Of a stretch of 64,000 nt of DNA, positions 25,752 to 34,854 are shown piece after piece; within the stretch, counting starts at the first letter, position 1; each line of letters begins with the position of its first letter. The notes under the pieces are model-generated. The model made no database searches, had not been told where the DNA came from, and worked only from the letters and a program-made list of their open reading frames with translations. The DNA comes from a virus. Lineage: Duplodnaviria > Heunggongvirae > Uroviricota > Caudoviricetes. The stretch spans positions 15,734 through 79,733 of the IMG/VR virus record IMGVR_UViG_3300046674_000485; one strand, written 5' to 3'. Made by a program: the position numbers and the translations under genes.

Positions 25752-26748
25752 CACCCAACTCGCGACGGTCGACAAGATCGTCTACGACGTCCGCGACCAG
25801 TTCGCGTCCATGGTCGCCGACCCCTCGATCAAGTTCGAGGCGGAGGCTGAGTTCGCGATCCAGCAGATCACGAAGAACGACTACAGCATCAAGCTGGCCC
25901 GGGGCAACCCGGCGGCCGTGCAGGATGCCGTGCGCAGCGTGGCGGCCATCGGCGTGACGCTGAACCCGGCGATGGCGCACGCCTATCTGGCGCCGCGCGA
26001 CAACAAGATCCAGCTGATCATCGGCTACCGCGGCTTCATCCACATGGCGCTGTCCAGCGGACAGATCTCCCTGGTGCACGCCGAGCTCGTCTACTCGAAC
26101 GACGTCTACACGCCGCAGGGCCACGACAAGCAGCCGCTGCACGAGTACAGCCCGTTCGCGAAGCTCGAGTCGCGCGGCGAGCTGGTGGGCGTCTACGTCA
26201 CTGCCAAGCGCACCAACGGCGACTGGATCACCGACGTCATGTCGGCCGAGGATGTGATGCGGATCCGCGACCGCAGCGAGAGCTGGAAGGCGCACGTCGC
26301 GAGCAAGCACCAGAAGAAGACGCCCTGGGTCACCGACATGGCCGAGATGTGGAAGAAGACGGTGATCCGCCGCGCCTACAAGAGCTGGCCGCTCGAGGGC
26401 CCGGCTGCCGAGCGCATGGCCAAGGCCGTCGAGCACAGCAACCAAGTCGGCGAGGGCATCAACTTCGAAGCCGAGCAGCAGCAGTCCGCGGGCCAGGGTG
26501 CGCCGGCCGCGGCTGCCAAGCCGGAGAAGAAGCCGTTCCAGCTGCGTGAGTACCTCAAGCAGATCGCTGCGTGCAACTCGCCCGCCGAGGTCAAGAAGCT
26601 GCGCCGCGACGGTCAGGCGATCGCCAGCGCGAACGAGGACAAGTACGCCTACGACGAGATCACCCGCTGCTCTCGCGTGCGGGAGGCGTTCCTCACCAAC
26701 AACCAGGGCGTCAGCGACGCCGTCGTCAAGGAGAAAGCAAATGTCTGA
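25744..26748 (+). CDS. recT: RecT-family single-strand annealing recombinase
   Basis: AHAYLAPRDNKIQLIIGYRGFIHMALSSGQIS and DMAEMWKKTVIRRAYKSWP match the RecT core. Confidence 0.85.
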   Translation: MSNTQLATVDKIVYDVRDQFASMVADPSIKFEAEAEFAIQQITKNDYSIKLARGNPAAVQDAVRSVAAIGVTLNPAMAHAYLAPRDNKIQLIIGYRGFIHMALSSGQISLVHAELVYSNDVYTPQGHDKQPLHEYSPFAKLESRGELVGVYVTAKRTNGDWITDVMSAEDVMRIRDRSESWKAHVASKHQKKTPWVTDMAEMWKKTVIRRAYKSWPLEGPAAERMAKAVEHSNQVGEGINFEAEQQQSAGQGAPAAAAKPEKKPFQLREYLKQIAACNSPAEVKKLRRDGQAIASANEDKYAYDEITRCSRVREAFLTNNQGVSDAVVKEKANV

Positions 26749-27598
26749 AGTCATCGACACCGCACCGAAGCTCATCGTCTGCGAGGGCGGCTCGCCCGAG
26801 TGGCATCAGGCGCGCTGCGGCGCGACTACCGCCAGCCTGTTCAGCACCGCCGTCGAGGTGATGCAGAAGGACAGCCCGAAGAAGGACGCCGAGGGCAAGC
26901 CCGTGCGCGTGAAGGGAGACCTCACCGCGGCGAACGAGGAGCTGGCTGCGGCCACCGCCTTCGAGCTCATCAGCGAGGAGCCCTACGACGAGGGCATGTT
27001 CGACAACTTCTACATGAAGCGCGGCCGCGAGGAAGAGTGGAAGGCGCGCGCGGCCTATGTCCAGCGCTATGACGTCGAGGTCTACGAGGGCGGCGTGCTG
27101 CTCACCTACGACCGCCAGTTCGGCTACAGCACCGACGGCGCCGTCGAGGGCCAGAAGGGTGGCGTCGAGATCAAGACGCCCTACAACTGCTCGAAGATCA
27201 TGGACATGCTCAACAGCGGCAGCACCGCCGAGTACGACCACCAGATCCAGGGCGGCATGTGGATCGCCGGCTGGGAGTGGGTCGACTTCATCATGTGGAT
27301 GCCGCAGCTGCGCAAGGTCGGCAACGAGCTCTACGTGAAGCGGATCTACCGCAACGACAAGTTCATCGACGAGATGGTCAAGGGCCTGCTGCAGCACCGC
27401 GCGCGCGTGCTCGAGCTGGTCGACTTCTTCAAGATCCCGCACGCCGAGCGCCCAGGAATGATCCTGCCGCCGTCGTTCACCGACGTCGTGTCGCGCCCTG
27501 TCGCGGCGCCGGCGCCCGCCACCCAGGCGGAAGCCGTCGAGGACATCAAGGTTCTCGACATCCCCGAGCCCATCCCGGGCCTTGCCAACCTGTTCTGA
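26741..27598 (+). CDS. YqaJ-like viral recombinase exonuclease (PD-(D/E)xK)
   Basis: in-frame ATG 26741 of ORF 26498..27598 after AAGGAGAAAG; GYSTDGAVEG...GGVEIKTPYNCSK motif; typical RecT partner. Confidence 0.8.
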   Translation: MSEVIDTAPKLIVCEGGSPEWHQARCGATTASLFSTAVEVMQKDSPKKDAEGKPVRVKGDLTAANEELAAATAFELISEEPYDEGMFDNFYMKRGREEEWKARAAYVQRYDVEVYEGGVLLTYDRQFGYSTDGAVEGQKGGVEIKTPYNCSKIMDMLNSGSTAEYDHQIQGGMWIAGWEWVDFIMWMPQLRKVGNELYVKRIYRNDKFIDEMVKGLLQHRARVLELVDFFKIPHAERPGMILPPSFTDVVSRPVAAPAPATQAEAVEDIKVLDIPEPIPGLANLF

Positions 27599-27600
27599 AA

Positions 27601-28026
27601 ATGATCGAAGCACCACAACGCGCAGAGATGCGCGGCCGCACGCAGCAGCTCGCACTGCAGAGCGCCCTCAAGTACCTCGCGGTGGCGGGGGCGCAGTTCG
27701 CCGTCATCGATGCCGAGGGCGGCCGCCACGGCGAGCTGCAGGTGATGCCGCCCCCGACGGGCCGCACGCGCGTCTCTCTGCCGCCCATCAACCCGGCGTA
27801 CCGCCACATCGAGAAGTGCAAGAGCCTGAAGGCCCTGGGCAATTCGTTCGAGATCTTGTGCAACGAGGGCGAGGATGTTCAGCGCATCGTCCAGGCCATC
27901 GAGACCCTGCTGCGGCAGCACATCCGCAACGACCAGATCGAGCTCATGGGTGCGCCGGCACCGCTGAAGGATGCCTTCAGCATCATGGTCGAGGGAACCT
28001 TTATCTACGTCACGAGGATGCTCTGA
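27601..28026 (+). CDS. hypothetical protein, 141 aa
   Basis: in-frame ATG 27601 of ORF 27259..28026. Confidence 0.5.
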   Translation: MIEAPQRAEMRGRTQQLALQSALKYLAVAGAQFAVIDAEGGRHGELQVMPPPTGRTRVSLPPINPAYRHIEKCKSLKALGNSFEILCNEGEDVQRIVQAIETLLRQHIRNDQIELMGAPAPLKDAFSIMVEGTFIYVTRML

Positions 28027-28027
28027 G

Positions 28028-28249
28028 ATGAACGCCAAGAAGGCAAAAGCGATGCGCAAGGTCGCGCGCGAAGAGATGGTCGGCAACATCGACCGAGAGC
28101 TGATCCTCGTGCGTCGACGCAACAAGCTCGGCAAGGTGAGCGGCCGCGTGGCCAACGAGCCGCTGTCGGTGCGCGCCATGTACCAGCAGCTGAAGGGTAA
28201 GTACAAGGAGGCGATGAGCGGCCGCCTCCAGCTGGGCAACGCCCAGTAA
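28028..28249 (+). CDS. hypothetical basic protein, 73 aa
   Basis: in-frame ATG 28028 of ORF 27971..28249. Confidence 0.5.
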   Translation: MNAKKAKAMRKVAREEMVGNIDRELILVRRRNKLGKVSGRVANEPLSVRAMYQQLKGKYKEAMSGRLQLGNAQ

Positions 28250-28300
28250 TTCCGCCGTCTCACAACCAACCGGCGATAGAACTTCGCCTGAAAGCAAACC

Positions 28301-28990
28301 ATGTCCTCACTCAATAAAGTCCAACTTATCGGCCACCTGGGCCGCGACCCTGAAGGCCGCACCATGCCCAGCGGCGACCGCGTCTGCAACATCAGCCTTG
28401 CCACCACCGACACGTGGAAGGACAAGCAGAGCGGCGAGAAGATGGAGGCCACCGAGTGGCACCGCATCAGCTTCTTCGGCCGCCTCGCCGAGGTGGTCGA
28501 GGAGTACACCCGCACGGGCTCCCAGATCTATGTCGAGGGCAAGCTCCAGACGCGCAAGTACACCGACAAGGACGGCGTCGAGCGGTACTCGACCGAGATC
28601 CGCGCCGACTCGATGCAGCTGCTCGGCAGCCCGCGTGGCGAAGGCGGCGGCGGTGGCGAGCGCGGCGGCAATGACCGCGGCGGCCAGCAGCGCAACCAGG
28701 GCGACAACGGCCGCGGCCAGCAGCGCCAGGACACCCGCGGCCAGGGCAACGGCAACAGCCAGGGCAACCAGGGCGGCGGCCGCAACAGCTACGCCGACCA
28801 GCGCGGTGGCGGCGGCCAGCGTCAGGCGGCGCCGCAGCAGCAGCGCAGCCAGGGCAACACCACTCAGCAGCGCAGCGGCGCGGCCGGCTCGTCGGGCTTC
28901 GACGACATGGATGACGACATCCCGTTCGTTACGTCGGTGGGCGTCGAGCCGTCGAAGTCGAAGCGCCTGCGTCGCGCCGATTTCCGCTGA
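28301..28990 (+). CDS. ssb: single-stranded DNA-binding protein with 20-aa extension beyond the DDDIPF tip
   Basis: OB-fold N-terminus [18 protein letters not shown]...[12 protein letters not shown]; Gly/Gln-rich linker; acidic DMDDDIPF followed by [20 protein letters not shown]. Confidence 0.9.
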   Translation: MSSLNKVQLIGHLGRDPEGRTMPSGDRVCNISLATTDTWKDKQSGEKMEATEWHRISFFGRLAEVVEEYTRTGSQIYVEGKLQTRKYTDKDGVERYSTEIRADSMQLLGSPRGEGGGGGERGGNDRGGQQRNQGDNGRGQQRQDTRGQGNGNSQGNQGGGRNSYADQRGGGGQRQAAPQQQRSQGNTTQQRSGAAGSSGFDDMDDDIPFVTSVGVEPSKSKRLRRADFR

Positions 28991-29007
28991 GTTTTTTTCT
29001 CGAGGGT

Positions 29008-29048
29008 GCCAACAACTTGTTGGCCTTATGGGCTACACTCTGTTGGCA
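29008..29048 (+). promoter_or_regulatory. operator palindrome GCCAACAACTTGTTGGC with putative -10 TACACT
   Basis: 17-bp perfect palindrome 29008-29024; TACACT 29034-29039; second TGTTGGCA half-site 29041-29048; AGGAG RBS. Confidence 0.5.
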
Positions 29049-29072
29049 CCTCAACACTTTCAGGAGTTTTTC

Positions 29073-29537
29073 ATGAGCATTCAAGGTCAAGTTTTCGAGC
29101 AAGTCGCCGACGTTGCGGCGCCCACCTTCCCCGAGTTCCGCATCTTCGGCGGCGATAGCGATGCCAGCACCAGTGGCGCCGGCAAGTTCGTCGTGCTGTT
29201 CACCAACGAAACCACGGGCGTCGTGGTGAGCTCGCTCAACCGATTCAATCCAGTCGGCCTGCACTCGAGCACCTGGGAGCCAAAGTCCTTCTCGCGCTTC
29301 GACGGCTTCCTGTTGCTGCACAACACCACGACCGATGTGCCGCCCGACGAGGCAATCGCCGAGATGCTGAGCATGACCGGCGAAGCGCGGGCCCAGGACG
29401 AGCTCGCGGCGTCGATGCCCGAGTTCAAGTTCGACGCCCCCGTCGAGATCACCCCCGAGCTGGGCTCCTTCATGCAAGCCCTCCGGGCCGCTGCGATCCA
29501 CGCCTTCCCTGGCGCCGTGGTCTCGATCAAGGCCTGA
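29073..29537 (+). CDS. hypothetical protein, 154 aa
   Basis: in-frame ATG 29073 of ORF 28398..29537. Confidence 0.5.
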   Translation: MSIQGQVFEQVADVAAPTFPEFRIFGGDSDASTSGAGKFVVLFTNETTGVVVSSLNRFNPVGLHSSTWEPKSFSRFDGFLLLHNTTTDVPPDEAIAEMLSMTGEARAQDELAASMPEFKFDAPVEITPELGSFMQALRAAAIHAFPGAVVSIKA

Positions 29538-29596
29538 TCGCAGCCCTCCCCCGCCGGCCCCGCGCCGGCGGCTCTCATTCCCCACTGGAGTCCATC

Positions 29597-30295
29597 GTGA
29601 CCACCACCATTTCCAATTTCCAGCGCACGGCCAACTGGCTGGCCACGTGCGGCAAGAAGCCCAACGGCCTGACCATGAGCGTCCAGGCCGGCGTGATGCT
29701 CGAGGAGGTCTGCGAGCTCCTCGACTCGATGACCCTGGGCTCGCCGAGCGGCATCGCTTCCAACCTCGTGAGCGAGGCCTCGCGCGTGCTCAAGGAGGTC
29801 GGCCTGCAGATGAAGAGCGGCGACTGCCACGTCTACTTCCACGACCGCAAGGCCGCCGTCGATGCCTTCGCCGACATCAAGGTGACCGTCGACGGCACGG
29901 CCTACCTGGGCGGCTTCCTGATGGATGTCGCGGACAAGAAGGTGCTCGACGCGAACGATGACAAGTTCGAAGAGGATGGACGCCCCGTGATCCTGCCGGG
30001 CGGCAAGATCGGCAAGCGCCAGGGATGGGTCGGCCCAGACCACACGGACAGCGTGGGCGAGCTGCCGCCGGTCGACGAAGAGTCGACACCCTTCCACCAG
30101 ACGACCGACGCAGCGAAGTGGGCCCGGGCCATCAAGCGCATGCACCCAGGCCTGGACGAGGGTGAGATGCTCGCGTGGTTCGCCAACGCGATCATGAGCG
30201 GTCGCGACGAAGGCAGGCAGGCAGTGTCGCCCGCGTCTGACACTGCCGCCGAGAATGCCGTCGAGGCTGGTCAGCGAGTGCTCCAGACTGCCTGA
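29597..30295 (+). CDS. hypothetical protein, 232 aa (weak MazG-like helix at N-terminus)
   Basis: ORF track; VMLEEVCELLDSM...RVLKEVG. Confidence 0.5.
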   Translation: MTTTISNFQRTANWLATCGKKPNGLTMSVQAGVMLEEVCELLDSMTLGSPSGIASNLVSEASRVLKEVGLQMKSGDCHVYFHDRKAAVDAFADIKVTVDGTAYLGGFLMDVADKKVLDANDDKFEEDGRPVILPGGKIGKRQGWVGPDHTDSVGELPPVDEESTPFHQTTDAAKWARAIKRMHPGLDEGEMLAWFANAIMSGRDEGRQAVSPASDTAAENAVEAGQRVLQTA

Positions 30296-30322
30296 GTAGG
30301 AACAACAGCGAGGAGAAGAATC

Positions 30323-30685
30323 ATGCGTCGTCGTTTTTCTGATCACCTGCCAGAGTCCACCGTCGAGATCATCCGATCGATGGAGAAGCTCAAGGGTAAG
30401 ACCTTCGCGGTGCGACTCGCTGTTTTCCTCGAGGTCATTCAGATGCGAGAGCTCGTGCACGCGTGCCGAGCCAACCCGCACGATGACCTCATCGACTATC
30501 GCGCCGATGCGATCACCGAGAGCATCGTGGCCAAGATCCTGGCCGGCATCCGTCAGGCCGATCGCGGCGACTTCGTTCGAATCGCCTCCCACCTCAATCA
30601 GCGCCGCGGCTCCCGCTTCGTGCGTGTGGATCGCTCCGGCAGCTACGCACCCAAGTACCGCAAGAGCAAGAAGAAAAAGGACTAG
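30323..30685 (+). CDS. hypothetical protein, 120 aa
   Basis: ORF track; RBS GAGGAG. Confidence 0.5.
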   Translation: MRRRFSDHLPESTVEIIRSMEKLKGKTFAVRLAVFLEVIQMRELVHACRANPHDDLIDYRADAITESIVAKILAGIRQADRGDFVRIASHLNQRRGSRFVRVDRSGSYAPKYRKSKKKKD

Positions 30686-31153
30686 ATGTCAGACCCCAAG
30701 CATCCGACCAACCCCGCCTGGGTGATGGAGGATCCACTCATCAATCCGCCGCCCCGCGGCGAAGAGCTGCTGATGGTGAACAGCGGCGGCTCCCTCATCA
30801 AGGGCCTCTGGGATCCGACGTGCATCGCCTGGAGCCGCAAGCCCAAGGTGCCGCAGAGCGTCAAGGACCGGATGACTGCTGCCGTCCTGGCGCGTCAGCT
30901 GCGCCAGGATGTCTCGCTGTTCAAGGTGGGCGACGTCCTCGAGACCGACTACCACAGCCCGTGCGGCGCGAGCGCGCACATGCAGCTCACCCAGCACACG
31001 CTGCTCGAGATCCGCCAGGGCCAGAGTCAGACTGGCCTCATGTTCCGCGTGCACCCGCCGCTGAACAAGGACTACCTCTACCCCTCCGGCGTCGCGCCCG
31101 AGGACCGCGGCTGGATCGACGCCGCGTGGTTCCGCCGGGTGCTGCCGGCATGA
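30686..31153 (+). CDS. hypothetical protein, 155 aa
   Basis: ORF track. Confidence 0.5.
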   Translation: MSDPKHPTNPAWVMEDPLINPPPRGEELLMVNSGGSLIKGLWDPTCIAWSRKPKVPQSVKDRMTAAVLARQLRQDVSLFKVGDVLETDYHSPCGASAHMQLTQHTLLEIRQGQSQTGLMFRVHPPLNKDYLYPSGVAPEDRGWIDAAWFRRVLPA

Positions 31154-31341
31154 GCCTCAACTACGAAGTCGTCACCTCGCTGGGCGACCAGATGATCCTG
31201 CAAGAGGTGTTTGCCCCAGGCATCGAGGAGAAGAGCTACGCGCTGTCCCGCGCGATCACCAACCTCCGCGATCAGCAGGTGCGCGAGGCCCTGATCGCGT
31301 TGGGCTGGACCCCTCCCCCGCCGGGCTGGAGGCCGGCATGA
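31150..31341 (+). CDS. hypothetical protein, 63 aa
   Basis: in-frame ATG 31150 (ATGA overlap) of ORF 30820..31341. Confidence 0.4.
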   Translation: MSLNYEVVTSLGDQMILQEVFAPGIEEKSYALSRAITNLRDQQVREALIALGWTPPPPGWRPA

Positions 31342-31541
31342 AGGTCGCCCTGGTCGTCCTGGCTCTGCTCCTGGCAGGGTGTGGCAAGAGCGGCGGCAAC
31401 GAGCACGCCGTCTTGCTCGACAAGGGCTGCGTCTTCAAGTCGCGTGGCGCCGTCGGCAAGGCGTGCAGCCGCTACGGCTGCCGCGATGTCATCGGCACCA
31501 CCTACAGCTGCCCGGCCTACGAGGCCTCGGTCGCTGACTGA
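31338..31541 (+). CDS. small lipoprotein, 67 aa
   Basis: signal peptide with lipobox LLAGC; ATGA overlap. Confidence 0.5.
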   Translation: MKVALVVLALLLAGCGKSGGNEHAVLLDKGCVFKSRGAVGKACSRYGCRDVIGTTYSCPAYEASVAD

Positions 31542-31576
31542 GCGAAATTTTTTCCCGCAACCACAACCATAACCAA

Positions 31577-32467
31577 ATGAACTTCTCTTTCCTCAAGCCC
31601 AAACACATCATCAGCATGGTCGGCGCGCTCATCGCGCTCATCTTCCTGCTGGCCGTCAATCCACTGCACACGGTGCCCACCGGCTACCGCGGCGTGATCA
31701 CCCAGGGCGGCCGGATCCTGGGCGTCGAGCCCGAGGGCTTCGTGCTGGTGGCGCCCTGGCAGAAGCTGACGATCTTCAATGTGCGCGCCGAGGCGGCCAA
31801 CGTCCAGAACGCCGACGGCGCGACGAGCGACACGCAGCCCGTGACCACGAGCCTGACCGTGCGCTACAGCATCTCGCCCGACAAGGTGGCCACGGTCTTC
31901 GAGCAATACAGCCGCGACGGCAACCTCGACAGCTACATCATCACGGCCACGAACGAGACGTTCAAGTCGGTCACCGCGCGCTTCACGGCCACCGAGCTGA
32001 TCAGCAAGCGGCAGATGGTGTCGAACGAGATTGCCGGCCTGCTGCGCACCAAGGTTTCGATCTACGGCGCCCAGGTCATCAACATCGACATGACCGAGTT
32101 CAAGTTCTCGCCGGACTACATGAAGGCGATCAACGAGAAGGTGACCCAGGAGCAGCTCAAGCAGGCCGCCGACAACAAGTACCTGACGGTGCAGTCCGAG
32201 CAGAAGCAGAAGGTCGCCATCGCCCGGGCCGAGGCTGATGCCGTGCAGGCGCGCGCCGATGGCGAGGCCTATGCCCTGACCAAGGTGGCCACCGCCCAGG
32301 CCGACGCACTGAAGATCCAGAACGCCGCCCTGGCCCAGAACAAGGACGTGCTCGAGCTGCGCCGCATCGAGGTCGCCATGGAGCAGGCGAAGCGCTGGAA
32401 GGGTGATGTGCCGACCAGCGTCTACGCCGGCGCCCCGATCCCCTTCCTGAGCGTCGACAAGAAATGA
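31577..32467 (+). CDS. SPFH/band-7 (prohibitin/HflC-like) membrane protein
   Basis: N-terminal TM helix; YRGVITQGGRILGVEPEGFVLVAPWQKLTIFNVRAE SPFH core; C-terminal coiled coil. Confidence 0.8.
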   Translation: MNFSFLKPKHIISMVGALIALIFLLAVNPLHTVPTGYRGVITQGGRILGVEPEGFVLVAPWQKLTIFNVRAEAANVQNADGATSDTQPVTTSLTVRYSISPDKVATVFEQYSRDGNLDSYIITATNETFKSVTARFTATELISKRQMVSNEIAGLLRTKVSIYGAQVINIDMTEFKFSPDYMKAINEKVTQEQLKQAADNKYLTVQSEQKQKVAIARAEADAVQARADGEAYALTKVATAQADALKIQNAALAQNKDVLELRRIEVAMEQAKRWKGDVPTSVYAGAPIPFLSVDKK

Positions 32468-32721
32468 TGGAGCTCGGGCGTTCGAGGGGGAGCGGCGCCC
32501 GCCTGGGGCTGATGCTGGCCGCCCTGGCCATGGCCGGCACGGCTCCGGCCATGGTCTCCAACATGCCCTCACTCCGCAGCGCGGGGCCGCGCCGCCGCCG
32601 ACCGCCGACGCCAGCAGCGGTGGTCCAGCGCCGTCGCGAGACCAACGCCGAGATCGCCGCCTGGAACGCCTCCGTCCAGGCGCGGCGCGACGCCAAGCTC
32701 GCGGCCCGGCGCGGTCGGTGA
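32464..32721 (+). CDS. small Arg-rich membrane-associated protein, 85 aa
   Basis: ORF track; ATGA overlap with the SPFH stop. Confidence 0.4.
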   Translation: MMELGRSRGSGARLGLMLAALAMAGTAPAMVSNMPSLRSAGPRRRRPPTPAAVVQRRRETNAEIAAWNASVQARRDAKLAARRGR

Positions 32722-32763
32722 GAATGGGCGCTCGCTGCCGGCGCCCGCAATAGACCACCTACC

Positions 32764-33085
32764 CTAGATACCCTATCTAGGGTAGCTACTCGAGATAGTC
32801 TAGATACCCTAGATAGGTTATCTAGCCAATGTATTGGATGTATTGACGATACATTGAATAGCTATCACGCCGTCGCTCCGGACAGGCCTCAACCCCCGGT
32901 GTTACCCCGGGGCCGATGTGGCGGCGGCGTGATGGATCCTGTTGGCTCTCCAATACATTTCATACATACGATACATCGTGTAGCTACGATAGGTATCCTA
33001 TGAATTAATGCTCCTCTATGTATCGTATCTGTTGGATGGTCAATAGATAGTGTTGACAGGCTATGGATTGCATGTATCCTATGCA
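32764..33085. repeat. iteron/centromere-like repeat field upstream of parA
   Basis: five CTAGATA/TATCTAG half-sites at 32764-32825, including CCCTAGATACCCTATCTAGGG; ATACAT x3 at 32953-32976; GTATCCTATG x2; AT-rich for this genome. Confidence 0.6.
33053..33080 (+). promoter_or_regulatory. parA promoter
   Basis: TTGACA 33053-33058, 16 nt spacer, TATCCT 33075-33080, overlapped by a GTATCCTATG repeat; AGGAG RBS. Confidence 0.6.
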
Positions 33086-33113
33086 GCGTCTAAACGTTAC
33101 ATACAGGAGCGCC

Positions 33114-33806
33114 ATGGCCAACAAGATCATCCTCGTCGGCAGCGAGAAGGGCGGGGTGGGCAAGACCACCGTCGCCTTCAACCTCGCCACCATGCGGGTC
33201 AAGCAGGGCAGGAGCGTCCTGCTGCTGGACGCCGACAGCCAGGGCAGCTCCGCCATGTGGGCCGGGCTGCGCAGCGACGCCGAGTTCCAGCCGACCCTGG
33301 TGTGCGTGCAGAAGTCGGGGAAGATCGGCCGCGATCTGCTCGAGCTGAGCAAGACCTACGAGATCATCATCGACGCCGGCGGCCGCGACTCCGTCGAGCT
33401 GCGGCAGGCGATCGCCGTCGCGGACCAGTGGATCATCCCGGTGAAGGCTGGCCAGCTGGACCTGTTGTCGATCACCAAGATGCGCAACCTGAAGCGCGAG
33501 GTCTACGAGCGGGTCGAGCAGACCCCCGAGACGCGCGTGCTGCTGAACGCCATCGCGCCGTCGACCAGGGAGGGCGAGGACGCCCGGGCCGCGCTGCTGC
33601 AGCAGAACGAGGGCGAGGAGGCTGGCGGGGCAGGGGACATGCCGGTCATGTCCGCCATGCTGACCGACCGCGTGGCGGTGCGCCGCTCGATCACGCACGG
33701 CTGCGCGGTGGTCGAGCTGCCAGCCAGGGAGAACGCCGGCGCCGCGGTGGCCGAGTTCAAGAGCGTGTTCGAAGAAGTCTTTGGAGAGAGCTATGTCGAG
33801 GCCTAA
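33114..33806 (+). CDS. parA: ParA/MinD-family partition ATPase
   Basis: deviant Walker A KGGVGKTT; LLLDADSQGS; IIIDAGG; in-frame ATG 33114 of ORF 33063..33806. Confidence 0.85.
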   Translation: MANKIILVGSEKGGVGKTTVAFNLATMRVKQGRSVLLLDADSQGSSAMWAGLRSDAEFQPTLVCVQKSGKIGRDLLELSKTYEIIIDAGGRDSVELRQAIAVADQWIIPVKAGQLDLLSITKMRNLKREVYERVEQTPETRVLLNAIAPSTREGEDARAALLQQNEGEEAGGAGDMPVMSAMLTDRVAVRRSITHGCAVVELPARENAGAAVAEFKSVFEEVFGESYVEA

Positions 33807-34251
33807 GCTGACTGTCCAGGCGCCGAGCGCCGAGGAGATGGCGCGCCGCCAGCAGAGCGCGCTCCAGGCCGTCGCCGTGGCCACTGGCAAGAGCGAGGTG
33901 CTCGACAAGCTGGAGCAGTGGACCGAGGAGCCGGCCGCCGCCCTGGCGCCCGCGGAGCCGGCCCCGGTAGCCGCCAAACCGCGCCGGGCGAAGACGGTGA
34001 AGGGTGGGGCAGGGGAGGTCGCTGCGGAGGCGCCTGCGGCCCCGGAGCCGCCGCCCAGGCCGAAGCGCCCCTGGGAGGAGCCGAGCCCTGACGCGACGCA
34101 CCCCTACCACGTGATCCTGTCGGAGCGCCTGTTCCGGAAAATGGACTTCGCCTGGAAGCGCAAGGGCTACAAGAGCGCGCGCGAGTTCACCCTCATGGCG
34201 CTCGAGGCGGCCGCCGATCAGGCGCTGAAGGAGCTCGGGGAGGCGCCATGA
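33793..34251 (+). CDS. ParG/ParB-like small partition protein (C-terminal ribbon-helix-helix)
   Basis: ATG 33793 overlaps the parA 3' end; Pro/Ala-rich linker; C-terminal YHVILSERLFRKMDFAWKRKGYKSAREFTLMALEAAADQ. Confidence 0.5.
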   Translation: MSRPKLTVQAPSAEEMARRQQSALQAVAVATGKSEVLDKLEQWTEEPAAALAPAEPAPVAAKPRRAKTVKGGAGEVAAEAPAAPEPPPRPKRPWEEPSPDATHPYHVILSERLFRKMDFAWKRKGYKSAREFTLMALEAAADQALKELGEAP

Positions 34252-34814
34252 CCGAAGGCGAGCAGCAGGAGCTGGACCTCCAGGCTGAATACGGGTGGTT
34301 CCACGTCATGCGGCCCAGGATCCTGAAGGGGCTCCTGGCCGAGGTCGGCGAGACCGCCTGGGCCGTCTACACCGTGATCAAGTGCCACGCCAACCACCAC
34401 ACCGGCGTGGCCCACCCGAGCCAGGAGACGATCGGCCGGCTGATCGGGAAGTCCACCGAGACCGTCAGCCGGGCGACGAAGGCCCTCATCAAGGCCAAGC
34501 TGCTGACCGAGACGGTCAGAGGCAGGCACAAGGAGTACACCATGCTCGAGTCCGCGCCGGTCGTTGAACGCACCTCTGGCACCCCGCACGGGGCCGCCGA
34601 GTGGCAGTACGTGCCGAAGGAGTTCGGCGCCCAGGTGGCCGCGCTGAAGTCGTTCATCGAGAACGGCATCGATCTGCCGAGCGGCATCACCCTGAACCTG
34701 AACGTCACTCTGATCCAGCAGCGCGACCATGGGTCGGTCACGGTGAACATCGACCCCGGCGTGGCCCAGCGCGCCGACATGCAGGCCCTGGTGGCCAAGC
34801 TCAAAGGCCTCTGA
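34248..34814 (+). CDS. winged-helix DNA-binding protein (possible plasmid-type Rep/regulator)
   Basis: ORF track; HTH IGRLIGKSTETVSRATKALIKAKLL; lies between the par genes and the DnaA-box region. Confidence 0.5.
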   Translation: MTEGEQQELDLQAEYGWFHVMRPRILKGLLAEVGETAWAVYTVIKCHANHHTGVAHPSQETIGRLIGKSTETVSRATKALIKAKLLTETVRGRHKEYTMLESAPVVERTSGTPHGAAEWQYVPKEFGAQVAALKSFIENGIDLPSGITLNLNVTLIQQRDHGSVTVNIDPGVAQRADMQALVAKLKGL

Positions 34815-34854
34815 TCTCGCACTGCCTAATTAACGGGCATCCTGAAAAGCGGCT

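Noticed and set aside
24195-25775. 526-aa minus-strand ORF opposite the coiled-coil gene, and 357-aa plus-strand ORF 15153..16226 opposite the DnaC-like gene
   Set aside because: These are antisense mirror ORFs with Arg/Gly/Leu-rich low complexity. The sense strands carry recognisable motifs (coiled coil; Walker A/B).
32764-33085. CRISPR array suggested by short repeats
   Set aside because: The repeats are 7-10 bp half-sites in mixed orientation with irregular spacing and no cas genes. This is the pattern of partition or operator iterons.
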